Shown here one piece after another: positions 52,883 through 62,419 of a stretch of DNA of 64,000 nucleotides; within the stretch, counting starts at the first letter, position 1; each line of letters begins with the position of its first letter. The DNA comes from an uncultured delta proteobacterium (GTDB taxonomy: Bacteria; Myxococcota_A; Polyangia; Polyangiales; B10-G4), in NCBI GenBank assembly GCA_963727445.1, contig CAVSGI010000015.1, forward strand, positions 1 to 64,000, in the 5' to 3' direction. The position numbers were made by a program, and so were the translations under genes. The notes beneath the pieces were generated by a model that saw only the letters and a list, made by a program, of their open reading frames with translations, had not been told where the DNA came from and made no database searches.

Positions 52883-52953
52883 AATCGTCAACCTCTGGCT
52901 TGACGATTATTCACCGAATCGTAAAGCCATTCGCTTGCGATGGTTGACGATTC
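52883..52953. repeat. Two adjacent inverted repeats built on AATCGTCAA/TTGACGATT
   Basis: aatcgtcaa-N8-ttgacgatt (52883-52908) and gaatcgtaaagccat..atggttgacgattc (52916-52953). Confidence 0.7.
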
Positions 52954-53525
52954 CGACGCTCGCGCACGTGGCTCACGCGCTCGGCCTCTCGAGCGACCTC
53001 GAGGCGATCCAGGAGATCTCCAAAGGCAAGACGACCACGGCTCCCGACCGTCACTCCGGTGAAGGACTCTTCTTCGTCTCCAAGGCCGCCGACATCTTCC
53101 GACTCGAGAGCGGATCGCTCGTGTGGGTCGTCGACAACCTGCGCGGTGACGTCGCGGTTCGAGATCTGGACGCCCGCCGCACCGGAACGCTCGCCGTCGC
53201 CACCATCGACCTCGATCACGTACGCGACCTGAGGTCGATCTTCGCGGAGTACACAGAGAACCACGAGTTCTCGAAGACGAGGATCGTCATCGAGCTCTTC
53301 ACCGTCGGCGTTCGCTTCATCTCTCGCTCCGAAGCCAAGCGCCTGATGCACGGCCTGCAGAAGTTTCGCGAGGTCGTCCTCGACTTCGAGGGCGTCGACG
53401 GTGTGGGCCAGGGGTTCGCCGACGAGGTGTTCCGCGTGTGGGCCGGGGCGCATCCAGAGGTGCGTCTGTTCCCGATCCACATGTCCGAGGCCGTGGCGTT
53501 CATGGTCGAGCGCGCGCGCACCTGA
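52935..53525 (+). pseudogene. Probably 5'-truncated HATPase + STAS-like (DUF4325) protein
   Basis: KGKTTTAPDRHSGEGLFF, ISRSEAKRL..F.EVVLDF.GV..VGQGFADEVFRV. The N-terminal portion of the ATPase fold appears to be missing, and the ORF start falls inside the palindrome. Confidence 0.55.
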
Positions 53526-53606
53526 CCTTCGACTTGCATCCCCGAAAACCGCAGCTAACTTGCCGCCTCCGCCGGAAAAGCGGCATGATCTCAGTTAGTT
53601 AGCACA

Positions 53607-53642
53607 GACATTCGTCAACATTCGCTGACATTCTTTTACATC
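53607..53642. promoter_or_regulatory. Four 10-bp-phased direct repeats (ACATTC x3, ACATC); putative transcription factor binding array
   Basis: gacattcgtc aacattcgct gacattcttt tacatc, ~80 bp upstream of the GT2 start. Confidence 0.55.
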
Positions 53643-53722
53643 GGGGTGACAAGTCGTACGTCGCCCTTTGGTTTATTCAGCGAAACGAGAGAGATCCGCT
53701 GGATCTCCAACCGGAAGTCGAC

Positions 53723-55175
53723 ATGGAAGCCACCGTAATCGCTTTGTATCTCGTCGTTCTCGGCATCCTCGGAATCTACGGATTCCATCGGGGGCACCTC
53801 CTGATGCTCTACTGGAAGCATCGGAAGCAGCACCCCAAGCCGAAGGGTCATTTCGAGGACGCGGAGCTGCCCACCGTCACGGTCCAGCTCCCGATGTTCA
53901 ACGAGATGTACGTCGCCAAGCGGCTGATCGAGAGCGTCGCGAAGCTCGACTACCCGAAGGACAAGCTGGAGATCCAGGTCCTCGACGACTCGACGGACGA
54001 GACCCAGCAGATCGCCAAGGCGAAGGTCGACGAGCTGATCGCCGAGGGCTTCGACGCTGTGCTACATCCACCGCGTCGACCGCACCGGTTACAAGGCCGG
54101 CGCGCTCGAAGAGGGCCTGCACGTCGCCAAGGGCGAGCTCCTCATGGTCTTCGACGCGGACTTCGTCCCGACCGTCGAGCATCATCCGCGACCTCATCGA
54201 CCACTTCACCGACGACAAGGTCGGCATGGTCCAGGCGCGCTGGGGCCACCTCAACCGCGAGTACTCCACGCTCACCCGCGTGCAGTCGATGATGCTCGAC
54301 GGCCACTTCGTGATCGAGCACATCGCCCGCAACCGCTCGGGCCGCTTCTTCAACTTCAACGGCACCGCCGGCATGTGGCGCAAGCAGACCATCATCGACG
54401 CCGGCGGCTGGCAGCACGACACCGTCACCGAGGACATGGACCTCAGCTTCCGCGCGCAGCTCGCGGGCTGGAACTTCGTCTACGTCCCCGACGCCCTCGC
54501 GCCGGCCGAGGTGCCCTGCGAGATGAACAGCTTCAAGACCCAGCAGTTCCGCTGGGCCAAGGGCTCCGCGCAGACGGCCAAGAAGCTTCTGCCCATCGTG
54601 CTCCGGGCGAAGATCCCGCTCAAGGTGAAGATCGAGGCGATCTTCCACCTCACCAACAACTTCGCTTACCTATTCCTGGTCATCCTCGCGTGCCTGCAGC
54701 TGCCGAACATGCTGCTCCGCCGCGGCATGGACAACCCGGAGCTGCTCCTCCTCGACGTCCCGCTCTTCGCGGCGACCTGCGGCTCGATCGTCCTCTTCTA
54801 TCTCACCACGCATCACGCGCTCTACAGCGACCTCTGGGAAGCCGTGAAGCGCCTGCCGCTGATGATGGCGCTCGGCATCGGGCTCTCCATCAACAACGCG
54901 CGCGCGGTGGTCGAGGGCGTCTTCGGCAACGACATCGAGTTCATCCGCACCCCGAAGCACGGCGATCACCGCGAACAACCAGGGCTGGAAGAAGAAGAAG
55001 TACAAGGCCGGCAAGACCATCCACTCCCTGGTGGAGGTCGCTCTTCGGTCTCTACTTCGTGGTCACGATCGTCCTCGCGGTGGTGACCGGCTCCTGGGTG
55101 AGCATCCCCTTCCTGGTGCTCTTCATGGTCGGCTTCCTCTACGTCGGGAGCCTCAGCCTCTTCCAGGTCCGCTGA
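53723..55175 (+). CDS. GT2 cellulose-synthase-like processive glycosyltransferase; four apparent frameshifts (~54062, ~54177, ~54964, ~55040)
   Basis: [53 protein letters not shown] and RTPK across frames. Confidence 0.88.
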
Positions 55176-55180
55176 AAGAG

Positions 55181-55292
55181 GCGTCCAGGCACGCCATCTG
55201 GCGGCTTACCTCCTCGGCACCTCCCTGCGAAATACCTTCGGTATTCCTCAGTCGGCGCCTGCGCGGGCGCTCGCCAGCTGACGCACCTGGAC
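55181..55292 (-). repeat. ~112 bp palindromic (hairpin) element, diverged copy
   Basis: Its reverse complement aligns end to end with the unit at 56342. Confidence 0.88.
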
Positions 55293-55305
55293 ACCTCTGT
55301 CCAAG

Positions 55306-56229
55306 TCACCGTCGTCTCGGTGGGTAGGTGATGCCCTTCGTCCGTGTGACGTCGGCGGCGAGGTGGTGGGCGTAGCGCACGCCGGCGATTTGGACGACGA
55401 CGTCGAGGAGATCGCCGGCGGGGATGGCGTAGACGAGGCAGCCCGTGTCGTGGGGGTCGACGCGGGAGGCGACCTCGTCGTCGGCGAGGCAGAGGGCGGT
55501 GTGGGGACAATCCGCGCGCACGGCTTCGGGGACGCGCGCGCGCGCCATGTAGTCGAGGGCGGTCGCGGCGGCGCGGATCGACACGTCGTCGCTCAGCGGA
55601 CACGCGGGTGGAGCGACCGCCTCGTCGAGGTCGATGGTGATGCCGTCGGGGGCCGGCACGGTCACCTCGGTGATCGCGCAGCGCTCGACGCCTTCGGTGC
55701 AGACGGAGAGGACGTAGCGCCCGGCCGTCGCTGGCAGGGTGTCGAAGCAGGTCCCGAGCTCCGGCGTGGTGCGGAAATGTCGGAGCATCCCGTTCCACTC
55801 GTAGGCGAAGGGCTGGTCGGGGCCCACCATCACCCCGTCGTGCACCGGAGGCTCGCACTCGAGGCAGCCGTTCGAATCGCACGGGCAATCGCATCCTCGC
55901 GGCCACCGCGAGGTGTCGGGCTGGTCGAGAGAGAGCGCCGGCAGCGCCTCGCCCACGACGGCCATGCGGAAGGGGGAGGCCGGCCCGAAGGTGAGGTCGA
56001 GCTGCCGCGGCGCCGATTCGCTGACGACGCGAATGACCGTCGGCGTGGGCTCTTCACCGCGAAGCATCAACGCCGGATCGGGGAGGGGCGGCGGGGGCGA
56101 GCTCTCGGTCTGGTCCGTGGACTCGGTCCCGGTGGCTGACGCCGACCCGGTCTCGGTCGAGGACGCCTCCTCGCAATCACACGCACCGAGCACGACGAGC
56201 ACGACGAAGAGCGGAAGCGAACGCGCCAT
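55306..56229 (-). CDS. Hypothetical Cys-containing lipoprotein
   Basis: Lipobox VLGAC; S/T/P linker; CDCPCDSNGCLEC motif. Confidence 0.7.
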   Translation of the reverse strand: MARSLPLFVVLVVLGACDCEEASSTETGSASATGTESTDQTESSPPPPLPDPALMLRGEEPTPTVIRVVSESAPRQLDLTFGPASPFRMAVVGEALPALSLDQPDTSRWPRGCDCPCDSNGCLECEPPVHDGVMVGPDQPFAYEWNGMLRHFRTTPELGTCFDTLPATAGRYVLSVCTEGVERCAITEVTVPAPDGITIDLDEAVAPPACPLSDDVSIRAAATALDYMARARVPEAVRADCPHTALCLADDEVASRVDPHDTGCLVYAIPAGDLLDVVVQIAGVRYAHHLAADVTRTKGITYPPRRR

Positions 56230-56341
56230 TGCCGCGCAGAGTACTAGACGAGGTTGGTTGCGGAGCTCCGAAGACGGACGGACAAGTTCGACAAGTTCGG
56301 TCCGTCACCTACTTCGGTCACCGCGGGTCTTGGGGCGGCGA

Positions 56342-56591
56342 CGTCCAGGTGCGTCAGCTAGCGAGCGCCCCCGCAGGTGCCGACTGAGGCGTACCAGAGG
56401 TACGCCGCAGGGAGGTGCCGAGGAGGTAAGCCGCTAGATGGCGTGCCTGGGCGTCGCCGGGGGCGTCGTCCAGGTGCGTCAGCTAGCGAGCGCCCCCGCA
56501 GGTGCCGACTGAGGCGTACCAGAGGTACGCCGCAGGGAGGTGCCGAGGAGGTAAGCCGCTAGATGGCGTGCCTGGGCGTCGCCGGGGGCGT
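56342..56591 (+). repeat. Two identical tandem 125 bp copies of the hairpin element
   Basis: cgtccaggtgcgtcagctagcg...cgctagatggcgtgcctgggcgtcgccgggggcgt starts at 56342 and again at 56467. Confidence 0.92.
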
Positions 56592-56596
56592 CGCCG

Positions 56597-57571
56597 CTAG
56601 CGGCAGATGCCGTCGGAGCACACCTGCCCACTCATACAATCCGCCCCAGTCGCGCAATCGCTCGTCGCCTCGTTGGTGGTCACGCAGAGACCGTCGAGAC
56701 ACACGTTGAACTGGACGTCGAAGCGGAGGCAGGCATCGCTGGTGTCACAGGGGGTGCGACACACACCCTCGCGGCAGACGCGCCCCGACATGCAGTCGCT
56801 GTCGCTCGAGCAGAACGGCGTGGGCCGGGTGTCGAGGCGGCAGACGCCCGCGCTGGTGCAGCGGAAGCCGTCGGCGCAGTCGCTGTCGGCCGTGCACTCG
56901 GGGCGGCACGCTTCGTCGAGGCAGACCTCGCCGCTCGCGCAGTCCGAGTTGGCGGTACAGTTGGAGGTGGGGGTCTCGTCGGAGCAGATCCCATCGACAC
57001 AGCTGAAGCCAGGCGCGCAGGTGCTCTCGCCCGCGCCGCAGGAAACGCCGCAGCGGTTGTTGATGCAGACGAGGCCCATCGCACACTCGAAGTTGAACTG
57101 ACAGGCCTGGTCGTCGGCGAGACACTCACCAGCGACGCAGACCTCACCGGTGGCGCAGTCCGTGTCGGCGCTGCAAGCGCCCGGGTCCGGGGTGCAGAGG
57201 CCGTCCAGGCAGACCAGACCGCTCGCCAGGCAGTCGTCGTTGGTCGTGCAGTCGCCGGGGGTCGGCGTGGGATCGGGGTCGGTGGGCGCGAGACAGGACC
57301 CGTCCCGACACTCGGTGCCGAGGGGGCAGTCGTCGTTCGAGGCACACTCGCCGACACAACCGAGGTCCGTGCACATCGTGCCGTCCGGACACTCGTAGTC
57401 TCCCGCGCAGGGGGACCGATCGGGGGGATCCACCGCGCGGCAGCCGAGGCCGTCGCACGAGTAGCACCCGGTGTCGTCACAGTAGTAGTCCTCGGACGCG
57501 CACCCCGCGCCGAGCGTCAGCGCCGCTGCAAGGACGAAGGTGGTGAAGGCCAAGGCTCGAGTCATCGTCAT
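56597..57571 (-). CDS. Cys-rich repeat lipoprotein
   Basis: Lipobox LGAGC; about ten CxxxxDCxxGxxCxxGxC repeats; GGAGGA RBS. Confidence 0.85.
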   Translation of the reverse strand: MTMTRALAFTTFVLAAALTLGAGCASEDYYCDDTGCYSCDGLGCRAVDPPDRSPCAGDYECPDGTMCTDLGCVGECASNDDCPLGTECRDGSCLAPTDPDPTPTPGDCTTNDDCLASGLVCLDGLCTPDPGACSADTDCATGEVCVAGECLADDQACQFNFECAMGLVCINNRCGVSCGAGESTCAPGFSCVDGICSDETPTSNCTANSDCASGEVCLDEACRPECTADSDCADGFRCTSAGVCRLDTRPTPFCSSDSDCMSGRVCREGVCRTPCDTSDACLRFDVQFNVCLDGLCVTTNEATSDCATGADCMSGQVCSDGICR

Positions 57572-57799
57572 TCCTCCGCCGAAAGGGATTCTCCCCTGTC
57601 GACGAACGACAGCGTTCCACGATCCATGCCAGTACCAAAATAGGCGGATCACGAAGGATTCACTGCCAAACCGCCAGCATCGTAAACGCTGGTTCACAAC
57701 GCCACCAGTGAACGGAGGCACGCGTCGGTGAGGAAACGGTGGGGTGGCTGGACGTACTCACTGGGTGATCCGACGAGGTCTGGTAGGGTCCGGCGCGCA

Positions 57800-58426
57800 G
57801 TGACGGGGAGAATCCTCTATGTGCTCGCGATGTTGCTGGCGGGCTGCGCAACGACAGGGGCGAGCTCCGAGTCTCCCCCCGCGAGCGCGCTGAACGCGTA
57901 TGTGGCGGCCATCCGCGCCGATGATGCCCAGGCGGCACACGCCCTTCTCAGTGAGACGGTTCGCGCCGAGGTCTCGGTCGAAGAGCTCGCGCGGCTGATG
58001 GAGGACAACCGAGAAGAGCTCCTCGAACAGGCGGAGACCATCGAGACCGAAGCCGCGGGCGTGCGGGCGGTGGCGGTGCAGCCGCTCCACGGCGGCGAGC
58101 AGGTGCAGATGGTGCTGGAAGACGGCAAGTGGGCGATCGACGGAGGCGTGGTCGCCGCGCCGGGCCTGTCGACCCCGATGGCCACCATCCGAGCGTTTCG
58201 CCGCGCGCTGCAGCGGCGAAGCCTGACCGGGGTGCTACGAGTCCTCTCGCGCCAGCCGCGCGCCGAGATCGAAGCCGAGCTCTCCCGGATCCTCGACGAG
58301 ACGGGGGACGACCTCGACCTCGAGGTGGAGGTCCGGGGCAACCGCGCGAAGATCCGCACCACCGGCGGTCGGGAGATCTCGTTGGTGCGAGAGGCCGGCG
58401 AATGGCGCATCGTGTCGATCGAATAG
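57800..58426 (+). CDS. Hypothetical lipoprotein with two NTF2-like repeats
   Basis: Lipobox LLAGC; MVLEDGKWAID and LVREAGEWRIV end the two halves. Confidence 0.7.
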   Translation: MTGRILYVLAMLLAGCATTGASSESPPASALNAYVAAIRADDAQAAHALLSETVRAEVSVEELARLMEDNREELLEQAETIETEAAGVRAVAVQPLHGGEQVQMVLEDGKWAIDGGVVAAPGLSTPMATIRAFRRALQRRSLTGVLRVLSRQPRAEIEAELSRILDETGDDLDLEVEVRGNRAKIRTTGGREISLVREAGEWRIVSIE

Positions 58427-58433
58427 GAAGAAG

Positions 58434-58748
58434 ATGAACCTCGAACGCAGCTACGAGCTCTCCGATGAAGACGCGCTTCGTCGCATGAAGGCGCTCGCCG
58501 ATTACTGGTCGAAGAAGCACGGCATCGACGCGCGCTGGAACGGCGACGAGGTCGCGCTCTCGGGCAAGGTCAAGGGCGTGAAGTTCGACGGCAAGGTCCG
58601 AATCGGAGGCGGGCGCCTCGTCGCCGATGTGAAGGCGGGGTTCCTCGCCGAGAAGCTGGGCGGCCGGAAGTACGTCGAGGGCAAGCTCGACGACTACCTC
58701 GACCCGAACAAGACCCTCGAGGAGCTGCGTGCGCGGATTCCCGCCTGA
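58434..58748 (+). CDS. Polyhydroxyalkanoic-acid-system-like (PHA_gran_rgn) small protein
   Basis: 104 aa; KHGIDARWNGD..GKVKGVKFDGKV pattern. Confidence 0.55.
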   Translation: MNLERSYELSDEDALRRMKALADYWSKKHGIDARWNGDEVALSGKVKGVKFDGKVRIGGGRLVADVKAGFLAEKLGGRKYVEGKLDDYLDPNKTLEELRARIPA

Positions 58749-58805
58749 TCCGTAGCGAAATGGCTCGGATTTTCGGCACGTAGTAGGGTGTTGGGAGTTC
58801 GAGCG

Positions 58806-59882
58806 ATGGGCGATCGAGACGGCGAGGACCCCCAGCTGACCGACTTCGAGCCGCTCTCCGACGAAGAGGAGGAAGCGGCCACCGCCATCAATCTATCCGT
58901 CGAGGGCGCGCTCGCCGCCGATGAGCTCGCGCAGCTGGGGCTCGCCGAGACCATCGAGGTCGGGCCCAACGACCAGACGGTGGCCGAGGCGGTCGATTTC
59001 GCGGCGATCGCCGAGCCACCCAAGAGCACCGCGGGTCTCGCCCTTCCACCCGAGCCGACGGGGCGCCGGCGACAGCGGACGCCTCCCACGGGAGCGGCGC
59101 GCCCACCCCGCCGACGGAGCGCAGCGCCCGCGAGTGAGCCCGCGCCGACGCCCACCGCTCCGCCCGCGGGCAGCGCACCCGCCGCCGCGCGCTCCCCGAG
59201 CGGCTTCGACGGGCCGCGTTCGCCCGATCCGGACGCGACCTATCGCGTGCCCCCCGCGACTGGAGACGAGCTGGTGATCCCCGGCCGGCGACCGATGACC
59301 AGCGTGCTGCTGATCTTCGGCGCCATCGCCGCCCTGGCCGCGTTGGTCACCTTCGCCATCCTCTTCTGGCGCGGCGCGCCCGAGACCACCGTCGCCGGCG
59401 CCGGTCCCCAGGCGATGAGCCCCGACGGCTCCACTGCCGATGCCGCGACCCTCGCCAACACCGCGCCACCGGACGAGTCGAGCCAGAGCACCGATGCGGG
59501 CGCCGCCGACGCCGCGGCGCCGGCGACTCCCGACGCTTCGGCTACCTCGAACGACGCCGGGGCCTTCGTGATCGAAGACCCCGAGATCCCGCGCGCGGTC
59601 CGCCGCATGCGTCCGCGCGTCCGCGCGCGTCGCGCCCGCGCCCAGCGGCGCATCGCCCTCAGGCTGTATGGGCGGATGCGCTACGAGCGCGCGGAGGAGG
59701 CGTGGCGTCGGGCGTTGGTGCTCGCGCCCGACAATCGCTTCACCCACGCAGGCCTCGCCCGCACCCTTCGGGCCCTGGGTCGGACCGCGGAAGCCGACGC
59801 CTGGCAGGCCAAGGCCGATGAAGGCGCGCCGATGCGCCGGCGCCGACATCGACGCCGCCGCCGTCGACGGCGGCGGCGCTGA
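58806..59882 (+). CDS. Hypothetical bitopic membrane protein with C-terminal TPR and poly-Arg tail
   Basis: Pro/Ala-rich N-terminus, one TM helix, D-A-G linker, YERAEEAWRRALVLAPDN (TPR). Confidence 0.6.
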   Translation: MGDRDGEDPQLTDFEPLSDEEEEAATAINLSVEGALAADELAQLGLAETIEVGPNDQTVAEAVDFAAIAEPPKSTAGLALPPEPTGRRRQRTPPTGAARPPRRRSAAPASEPAPTPTAPPAGSAPAAARSPSGFDGPRSPDPDATYRVPPATGDELVIPGRRPMTSVLLIFGAIAALAALVTFAILFWRGAPETTVAGAGPQAMSPDGSTADAATLANTAPPDESSQSTDAGAADAAAPATPDASATSNDAGAFVIEDPEIPRAVRRMRPRVRARRARAQRRIALRLYGRMRYERAEEAWRRALVLAPDNRFTHAGLARTLRALGRTAEADAWQAKADEGAPMRRRRHRRRRRRRRRR

Positions 59883-59910
59883 ATGGAGACCACGATTTCG
59901 GAGCGTCCTC

Positions 59911-60642
59911 TCAGAACAAGCTCGGCAGCATCGTGGTCTTGGTCGCGAAGAGCTCGTTCCAGAGCGGGATCACCACCACGATCGCCCAGGTCGCGACCAA
60001 CCCGGCGATGGCGGTGATGCGCAACGCGGCCTTCATCCAGAAGCCGCTGGTCTGCCACTCGGGCCGAGGGAGCTGGAGCGCCTTGTTCGCGTGCAGGTAC
60101 TGCACCGTCGGCGCCGCCTCGCGATAGCCGACGTCGTCGTCGCGATCGAGGCGCTCCTTCTGCTCGAGACGGACCAGCGCGTGCGGATAGCCGCTGTGGT
60201 GGACGCCGCGCAGGAACGTGGCCGTCGATCGGTCGATCTCCGCCGCGACCGGATCGCCGTCACAGAGGAGCCGCACCTCCCCATCGTCGTCCAGCTGGAG
60301 CGAGACCTCGACGAAACCCGGTTGCCCCTGCTTCACTTGCGTGAGGGAGATCGTTTTCGGCAACTTCAGGTCGTCTTCCTTCTTCGGCCAGATGGCGAAC
60401 CCGAGCCCTTTGATCCACCGCCCGGCGATCGCCATCATGCCGACGCCGCCGTAGACACCGATCGCCAGCTGCCCCACGACGACCACTCCGACCGCGAGCT
60501 GGCCGACGACGAAGACGCCGCGGGCGAGCTGTCCCACGGCGACCACACCCATGGCCAGCTGGCCGATCGCGATGACGCCGACGGCTTCCTGACCGATGGC
60601 GATGAAGCCTTCGGCGCGCTGGCCGATGTCGAAGAAACGCAC
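59911..60642 (-). CDS. Hypothetical membrane protein with N-terminal 10-residue Gly repeats
   Basis: Six (I/V)GQxAxG units; C-terminal TM helix. Confidence 0.65.
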   Translation of the reverse strand: MRFFDIGQRAEGFIAIGQEAVGVIAIGQLAMGVVAVGQLARGVFVVGQLAVGVVVVGQLAIGVYGGVGMMAIAGRWIKGLGFAIWPKKEDDLKLPKTISLTQVKQGQPGFVEVSLQLDDDGEVRLLCDGDPVAAEIDRSTATFLRGVHHSGYPHALVRLEQKERLDRDDDVGYREAAPTVQYLHANKALQLPRPEWQTSGFWMKAALRITAIAGLVATWAIVVVIPLWNELFATKTTMLPSLF

Positions 60643-60667
60643 CGACGATGCATATCACAGGCGGTGC

Positions 60668-61093
60668 TCAGCCGAGCTGAAGAGCGTGCTTGGCGGCGTG
60701 AAAGAGGAGCTTGCCGCGGAGATCCTCGACGCTGCCCCGGCAGCGGCCGATGGCCGACCCGTCGAGGAGGAGCGTGAGCTGGCCGCCGTGGTCGGCGATG
60801 ATGGCGGGCAGCCGACCCTCGACCAGCGCCGCGAGCTCGCCCTGAAGCTCGTCCCGGTGGACGTACTCCACCGGAACGCCCAGGGCCTTTCGGCACTCTC
60901 GCCACTCGGGCTTCTCGGCGACGAGGCCATGGGTGATCTGACAGAGGTTGCACCCATCGATGCGCAGGACCTTCTTGGCGCTGTCCACGAGGGCGTCCCA
61001 GGCGCCGGAATCGGCGTCGAAAACGAAGATCAGCCGGTCGACCTCTTCCTTGTCCACGGGTTCGCTCGGGATATGTAGGCGCCCGCGCCCCAA
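60668..61093 (-). CDS. Hypothetical protein with CxxC motif; start uncertain
   Basis: LIFVFDADSG..CNLCQITHG..YVHRDE. Confidence 0.6.
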   Translation of the reverse strand: MGRGRLHIPSEPVDKEEVDRLIFVFDADSGAWDALVDSAKKVLRIDGCNLCQITHGLVAEKPEWRECRKALGVPVEYVHRDELQGELAALVEGRLPAIIADHGGQLTLLLDGSAIGRCRGSVEDLRGKLLFHAAKHALQLG

Positions 61094-61143
61094 GCACTAG
61101 CTCCAGTTGACTCTAGCCCTCCTGATTCATAGGGTTTTCGCCC

Positions 61144-61896
61144 ATGAGCGGCCACAACAAATGGTCCACGATCAAGCATCGCAAGGGCGCCCAGGACGCC
61201 AAGCGCGGCAAGATCTTCACCAAGATCATCAAGGAGATCACCATCGCAGCGCGGAGCGGCGGCGGTGATCCCAACGGCAACCCGCGACTGAGGCGCGCCC
61301 TCGACGCCGCCAAGGCCGCCAACATGCCGAACGACAACGTCGAGCGCGCGATCAAGAAGGGGACGGGCGAGCTCGAGGGCGTCAACTACGAGGAGCTGGT
61401 CTACGAGGGCGTCGGTCCCTCGGGTGCGCTGTTGGTGATGAACGTCGTCACCGACAACCGGAACCGAACCGCCGCCGAGATCCGCAAGATCTTCGACAAG
61501 CACAACGGTCAGCTCGGCCAGAGCGGCTCGGCCGCGTGGGCTTTCGACGAGAAGGGCGTGCTCAAGCTGCCGGTGGACGGGGCGACGGAGGAGCAGCTCT
61601 TCGAGGTGGCGGTGAGCGCGGGCGCCGAGGACGTGGAGAAGATCTCCGACATCTGGGTGGTGACCACGCCTCGGGAGGAGCTCGACGCGGTGAAGACCGC
61701 GGTCGAGGGCGCGGGCATCGCCGTGGAGAGCGCCAACCTCGAGATGATCCCGAAGACACCGAAGGTGGTCGACGGGCGCGACGCCGAGGTGCTCGTGGAT
61801 CTGGTCGGGGTCCTCGAAGACCACGACGACGTGCAGCAGGTGTTCACCGACTTCGAGCTGTCGGACGAAGCGCTGGCGGCCCTCGAGGCGAGCTGA
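61144..61896 (+). CDS. yebC: YebC/PmpR family protein
   Basis: MSGHNKWSTIKHRKG, NPRLR, YEG.GP, TDNRNRT, DDVQQV. Confidence 0.95.
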   Translation: MSGHNKWSTIKHRKGAQDAKRGKIFTKIIKEITIAARSGGGDPNGNPRLRRALDAAKAANMPNDNVERAIKKGTGELEGVNYEELVYEGVGPSGALLVMNVVTDNRNRTAAEIRKIFDKHNGQLGQSGSAAWAFDEKGVLKLPVDGATEEQLFEVAVSAGAEDVEKISDIWVVTTPREELDAVKTAVEGAGIAVESANLEMIPKTPKVVDGRDAEVLVDLVGVLEDHDDVQQVFTDFELSDEALAALEAS

Positions 61897-61900
61897 GCGC

Positions 61901-62407
61901 GTGAAGATCCTCGGCATCGACCCCGGCAGTCAGAAGACCGGCTGGGGCGTGGTCGAGGCGCGGGGCGGTAGGGTGAAAGGCATCGACGCGGGCGTCTTGA
62001 AGCTCGGCCGCGGGAGCCTCGAGTCGCGGCTCCTCGCGCTCTTCGATGGCCTCGAGGCCGTCGTCGCGGAGCACGCGCCGGACCAGGCGGCCGTGGAGGA
62101 CATCTTCTACGCCAAGCACGCGAACGCCGCGCTCAAGCTCGGCCACGCGCGCGGGGTGGCGCTGTTGGTGCTCGCCCGGGCCGAGGTGCCGACCACCGCC
62201 TACCCACCGGCCGTGGTGAAGCGGTCGGTGGCTGGCCGCGGCGCCGCCGACAAGAATCAGCTCGCGCGACTGGTGGGCGCCGTCCTGGGCTGGAAGACGC
62301 TGCCGGCGGTCGACGCGACCGACGCGCTCGCCGTGGCGATCACCCACGCCCGCGCAGCGAGCTTCGAAGATGCGAAGCAGCGCGCGCGGGCGCGGACGAG
62401 AAAATGA
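61901..62407 (+). CDS. ruvC: Holliday junction resolvase RuvC
   Basis: ILGIDPG..TGWGV, AVEDIF, LGHARG, DATDALAVA. Confidence 0.95.
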   Translation: MKILGIDPGSQKTGWGVVEARGGRVKGIDAGVLKLGRGSLESRLLALFDGLEAVVAEHAPDQAAVEDIFYAKHANAALKLGHARGVALLVLARAEVPTTAYPPAVVKRSVAGRGAADKNQLARLVGAVLGWKTLPAVDATDALAVAITHARAASFEDAKQRARARTRK

Positions 62408-62419
62408 GCCCGGCGGCGT

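Noticed and set aside
56266..56318. Small hairpin with a gacaagttc direct repeat next to the 125 bp element
   Set aside because: Single occurrence and absent beside the 55181 copy, so not supportable as part of the element.
56342..56591. CRISPR array or tRNA/known ncRNA
   Set aside because: These are 125 bp identical units without unique spacers; I saw no cloverleaf, T-loop or motif of an RNA family I recognise.
57616..57632. Sigma-54 promoter (minus strand CTGGCATGGATCGTGGA) before the Cys-rich gene
   Set aside because: The -24 half is good, but the -12 position reads GG rather than GC; too weak to call.
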